Shown: positions 60,563-64,000 of the stretch, one piece after another
Layout: every line of letters starts with the position of its first letter
How positions within the stretch are numbered: the first letter of the stretch is position 1
From: an uncultured virus (IMG/VR IMGVR_UViG_2061766007_002388)
Lineage: Duplodnaviria; Heunggongvirae; Uroviricota; Caudoviricetes
Length of the DNA stretch: 64,000 bases
Reading direction: 5' to 3' (one strand)
IMG/VR virus record: IMGVR_UViG_2061766007_002388
Program-made: the position numbers and the translations under genes
Notes under the pieces: model-generated
What the model was told of the DNA's origin: nothing
Database searches by the model: none
What the model saw: only the letters and a program-made list of their open reading frames with translations

Positions 60563-61391
60563 AAATACGTATCAAAAAATCAATACAATTTTTAAAAGGG
60601 ATAATAAAAATATTATTATGCCTTATGAACACTTTACACAGCCCGAAATAGAATATATGAAAAATTGCCTTTGGCATTGCGAAGAAAAAATTGACGGCAC
60701 CAATATTAGAATTGAAATAATACCTAGAGTTGATTGGGTGGACCGTGTTGGTGTTAAAGGTATTGAGTTTAATGTTGAGTATAAAGGTAAGTCAGATAAA
60801 GCTCAAGTTCCGAATGATCTAATCGAGTATTTAAAAATCAATTTTCCTGAAGATAAAGTATTAGCTGCATTTGACATAAAAAAATATATTTCACTTGAAG
60901 AATTTGCAGACTATGGTTTTACCCATGTTAGATCTAATATTTTCGAACCTCAATGGGTTATTGAGGGTGTTCCGAATGTTATAGATATATACGGTGAAGG
61001 TTACGGTGCAGGAATACAATCCGGTGGTTATTATAGAAAAGATAAAGCTTTTATTCTTTTTGATGTTGCAATTAATAAAAATTATCTCTGCATTAAATCA
61101 AGAAATGAAATTGCTGAGAAGTTAGGAGCTGATATTGTCCCATTTGTGGGAGATATGACAATCCCCGAAGCAATAGAATTTGTTAAAAAAGGATTTGATT
61201 CACTTATTGCACAAGAAAAACATCTTGCAGAAGGTTTAGTTCTTAGACCCGCATGTGAACGCAATATTATGAATATATTTGGCAGTCGTCTGATTTGTAA
61301 AATTAAAACATGCGATTTCACCAAATATTTTGATACATATCACACTTTCGAAAAAGTCGAGCAAATTCCCAATAAACATATCGAAGAGTGA
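60543..61391 (+). CDS. RNA ligase, Rnl2-like family
   Basis: YQKI.T.FKRD, EKIDGTNIR, YGEGYG..IQ.GG.Y, FILFDV, EGLVLRP and KIK..DF. Confidence 0.85.
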   Translation: MAGNRSENTYQKINTIFKRDNKNIIMPYEHFTQPEIEYMKNCLWHCEEKIDGTNIRIEIIPRVDWVDRVGVKGIEFNVEYKGKSDKAQVPNDLIEYLKINFPEDKVLAAFDIKKYISLEEFADYGFTHVRSNIFEPQWVIEGVPNVIDIYGEGYGAGIQSGGYYRKDKAFILFDVAINKNYLCIKSRNEIAEKLGADIVPFVGDMTIPEAIEFVKKGFDSLIAQEKHLAEGLVLRPACERNIMNIFGSRLICKIKTCDFTKYFDTYHTFEKVEQIPNKHIEE

Positions 61392-61425
61392 AAACGCACA
61401 TACCATTAAACGGAGGGATTTATTA

Positions 61426-61809
61426 ATGAATTGTTTCTACGTTAAAGATTATAACCATGCGAAGAAAATCTTTACAGAATTTCAGAAGGAATATGATAAA
61501 ACAACAGAAGTTATAGAATCTTGTCCAATAATAGGTAAAAAAAGTATTACCCTGAAATGGAAATGCGGAACGGGTGATTGTGGTTTTAATCTGAAATGTT
61601 TTAATGATTTTCACTATGCGCGTTACGATAACAATGCACTTAAAGTTTTTGTTACATTTTGGGCTGATGTATCAGAAGATTCATGCGTTGAACCAAAAGA
61701 TATTCAATTGTATATTGAAAAAGTTAAAAAACGTTCTTTTTTTGAAAAATGGAACGGAAATAAATGGATATGGGTTCGTGGCGATGAAGATATATCAGAG
61801 GAGAAATAA
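61426..61809 (+). CDS. hypothetical protein
   Basis: GGAGGG RBS. Confidence 0.6.
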   Translation: MNCFYVKDYNHAKKIFTEFQKEYDKTTEVIESCPIIGKKSITLKWKCGTGDCGFNLKCFNDFHYARYDNNALKVFVTFWADVSEDSCVEPKDIQLYIEKVKKRSFFEKWNGNKWIWVRGDEDISEEK

Positions 61810-61810
61810 T

Positions 61811-62455
61811 TTGAATTTCGAAACAATCAAACAAAATATTATTGTAACTATTAGTATTTTGTTAATTGCTATTTTTCATACTCTATATTATTACCATGTT
61901 GAATTACCGCGAGAAAAACGCGATATAAACGCAATTTATTGTAATCAATATATTGAGCAATGTTTTAATAATTTCTTTGTAGAAAACAATTTATGTGAGT
62001 TATATATAGAAGAAAAGAAAACAGAGATCAGAATTAAAGAAAACAGCGATCTCGATAAATTAAATTTTAATAAAGACAAATTACTTTTTATATATAATTA
62101 TTTCATTAAAAGTGATTATGAAAATGTGGCTGATATTATAACAGCACAATCGGCATTGGAAACTGGATGGTGGAGAGATGATTTTCATAATAAAAGGAAT
62201 AATCATTGGAGCCGAAAAATGGTTCCCAATGGCGTAAGTTGCATTGCTGGTGAAAAAAATTGTCTTCTTACACATAAAGATATTCTCGATTCTTGCGTTG
62301 CAATGGAAAAATATTTAAAAAGAAAGGGTTATGGTAATAATAAAGATCAGTATTTGAAAGATATCGTTTCAAAAAGATTTGCGGAAGATCCCAACTATAT
62401 TCCTCTAATTAAAAAAATAGCAGAAAAAATAAATAAATCGATTGAAATCATTTAA
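61811..62455 (+). CDS. GH73 glucosaminidase-like peptidoglycan hydrolase with an N-terminal transmembrane helix
   Basis: AQSALETGW, NN.W and FAEDPNY; TTG start after GAGGAG. Confidence 0.75.
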   Translation: MNFETIKQNIIVTISILLIAIFHTLYYYHVELPREKRDINAIYCNQYIEQCFNNFFVENNLCELYIEEKKTEIRIKENSDLDKLNFNKDKLLFIYNYFIKSDYENVADIITAQSALETGWWRDDFHNKRNNHWSRKMVPNGVSCIAGEKNCLLTHKDILDSCVAMEKYLKRKGYGNNKDQYLKDIVSKRFAEDPNYIPLIKKIAEKINKSIEII

Positions 62456-62507
62456 TTTTTTTCACCCCCATAAATAAATTCATAAAAATTTTTGAGGTAA
62501 ATTTAAA

Positions 62508-63278
62508 ATGGGAAGATTAAGTGATTATGTCAATGCTATAAAATTTATGGAAAAATATAAAATTGATCCGGATTATGTTTTAATAAACAGGGATCCATTT
62601 TATTTAAATTTAAAACATTGGGATATAAATGGGGAATTTGATGAATTAGATGAAGAAGAAATTCCCGTTAAAATAAATCTTGTTGACGGTTGTTTTATAA
62701 TAAGATCATACGCAACAAATTCAAACTTGAAATCGCTGAAAAATTTTCCCACATATGTAAGGGGAAAATTTGAATTAGAATATTTAAAATATATAGTGAA
62801 TCTAGAAGGTGGCCCAGAATATGTTGGTGATGATTTTTATATAAAGTTATATAATCTAAAATCACTTAAAGGTTGTCCAAAATTTGTTAGAAATAATTTT
62901 GAGTTGAGCACACCAAGTTTAGAATCAATAGATGATTTTCCAACTACTGTTGGAGAAGGAATTGCGATTCACAGTGGTAAAATAAAAGATTTCGGGTGTG
63001 CTTATAAATGCGGAATTGTTAATATGATTCATATTGGTGGCCTCAAAAATCTAGAAAGTTTTGAAGGATTGCCCGCTGCAAGAGCAATTTACATACACCC
63101 CGGCTGTGATGTAAGCAGAATAAAAGATTTTAAACCCCTCAAAGATATTAAAATATTTTATATGGCAGGTAACGGACAAACTAATAATTTAGAAGAATAC
63201 GAATCATATATTCGCGAACAATCAGCACAATATCAAGCACAAGTTCAAACAAAGAGTGAAATTCCACTTGGTTTTTAA
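62508..63278 (+). CDS. LRR-like paralog family member 6
   Basis: VNAIKFM; IPVKI..V.G.F, LKSLKNFP, NLEGGP, LKSLKGCP and LESFEGLP; upstream CATAAATA. Confidence 0.8.
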   Translation: MGRLSDYVNAIKFMEKYKIDPDYVLINRDPFYLNLKHWDINGEFDELDEEEIPVKINLVDGCFIIRSYATNSNLKSLKNFPTYVRGKFELEYLKYIVNLEGGPEYVGDDFYIKLYNLKSLKGCPKFVRNNFELSTPSLESIDDFPTTVGEGIAIHSGKIKDFGCAYKCGIVNMIHIGGLKNLESFEGLPAARAIYIHPGCDVSRIKDFKPLKDIKIFYMAGNGQTNNLEEYESYIREQSAQYQAQVQTKSEIPLGF

Positions 63279-63328
63279 GTGAATCCCATGTATAATTCAA
63301 ATAGTGAACTGCTATTTGGAGTGAATGT

Positions 63329-64000
63329 ATGAATGAAAATAAAACATCAAAAACAGTAGAAGCAATAAAATTTCTTCAAAATGACGTATTTATAAATCGG
63401 CAAATTTTAACACAACGTAAAAATGTTTCAATTACAGAAAAACAACATATTATCCAGGAAAATGGAGAGTTGTTTATTGAATTTATACTTGACAAATTCG
63501 ACTCACTAACAATACAACTTCCGCGCAGTAAAACAATTCCACTTAAAATAAAAATAAAAGGTTCTTTTAAAGAATTAACAATATATGATGAAAGTACACC
63601 ACCAGCCGATGTTTCTAAAAATTTCTTAAAAAAATTGCCCGATGAAATTAATGGATCACTTAGCATATACTCAAATAATATTAAAAATCTTGAAGGATGC
63701 CCCGGACTTATTGACGGAAATTTCATCATACAAGTTCCAAAATTAAATTCACTTAAAGGTATTTCAAACACAGTAATAACAGATAAATTTATATTGGAAC
63801 AGGGTGAATTTGAAAATGGATTTGACGAATTTCCCAATTTTATTGGAAATGGCGCTTGCTTTGCTGATTGTAAAATAAAAAACTTTAGAGGGATGGAAAA
63901 CATCAATTCTGTTAATTGTGTCGAATTACGAGAATGTAGAAATCTTGAATCGTTTGAAGGTTTTCCTAAAATTGGCGACAGATTAACCATGTACAATACC
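63329..64000 (+). CDS. LRR-like paralog family member 7 (runs off the window; not in the ORF track)
   Basis: MNENKTSKTVEAIKFL; IPLKI, IKNLEGCP, LNSLKGI and LESFEGFP. Confidence 0.8.
   Translation, partial: MNENKTSKTVEAIKFLQNDVFINRQILTQRKNVSITEKQHIIQENGELFIEFILDKFDSLTIQLPRSKTIPLKIKIKGSFKELTIYDESTPPADVSKNFLKKLPDEINGSLSIYSNNIKNLEGCPGLIDGNFIIQVPKLNSLKGISNTVITDKFILEQGEFENGFDEFPNFIGNGACFADCKIKNFRGMENINSVNCVELRECRNLESFEGFPKIGDRLTMYNT

Noticed and set aside
63376..63996. 206-aa minus-strand ORF and other antisense ORFs in the track
   Set aside because: Shadows of plus-strand genes; the real gene here starts at 63329 on the plus strand
1..64000. Stop-codon reassignment (TAG or TGA read-through)
   Set aside because: Conserved genes are uninterrupted in code 11, and TAG ends genes at natural C-termini (for example the ATP-grasp gene at 26942). 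The in-frame TAG at 50213 is isolated.

Overview
This is a 64-kb segment of a very AT-rich, large T4-like (jumbo-type) myovirus genome, read in the standard genetic code. It contains four assembly gaps, all between 52.1 and 53.4 kb. Recognisable T4-like genes encode a gp47/SbcD nuclease, gp61 primase, RegA, a GyrB-like topoisomerase II subunit, gp14 neck, gp25, a gp48-like protein and other baseplate proteins. They are scattered among accessory genes: queD, thyX, a sigma factor, two RNA ligases, an HD (SpoT/MESH1-like) hydrolase, thioredoxin, a GH73 hydrolase and candidate spanins, which suggest a Gram-negative host. There are two tRNA genes, tRNA-Gln(UUG) and a tRNA-Leu(UAA) split by an apparently complete 257-nt group I intron. 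The most notable elements are: (1) a five-gene glycan cluster (Ugd, TupA-like ATP-grasp ligase, three glycosyltransferases) with late-type promoter motifs; (2) a seven-member paralog family with a shared N-terminal helix and LRR-like repeats; (3) a GC-shifted, gap-ridden tail-fibre island ending in a DUF1566/CLec protein that resembles a DGR target; (4) a triple WYL_2 protein with prohead-protease-like cleavage motifs; and (5) a tail-tube-fold protein with an insertion of about 780 aa. All family assignments come from motif recognition by eye, not from database searches.
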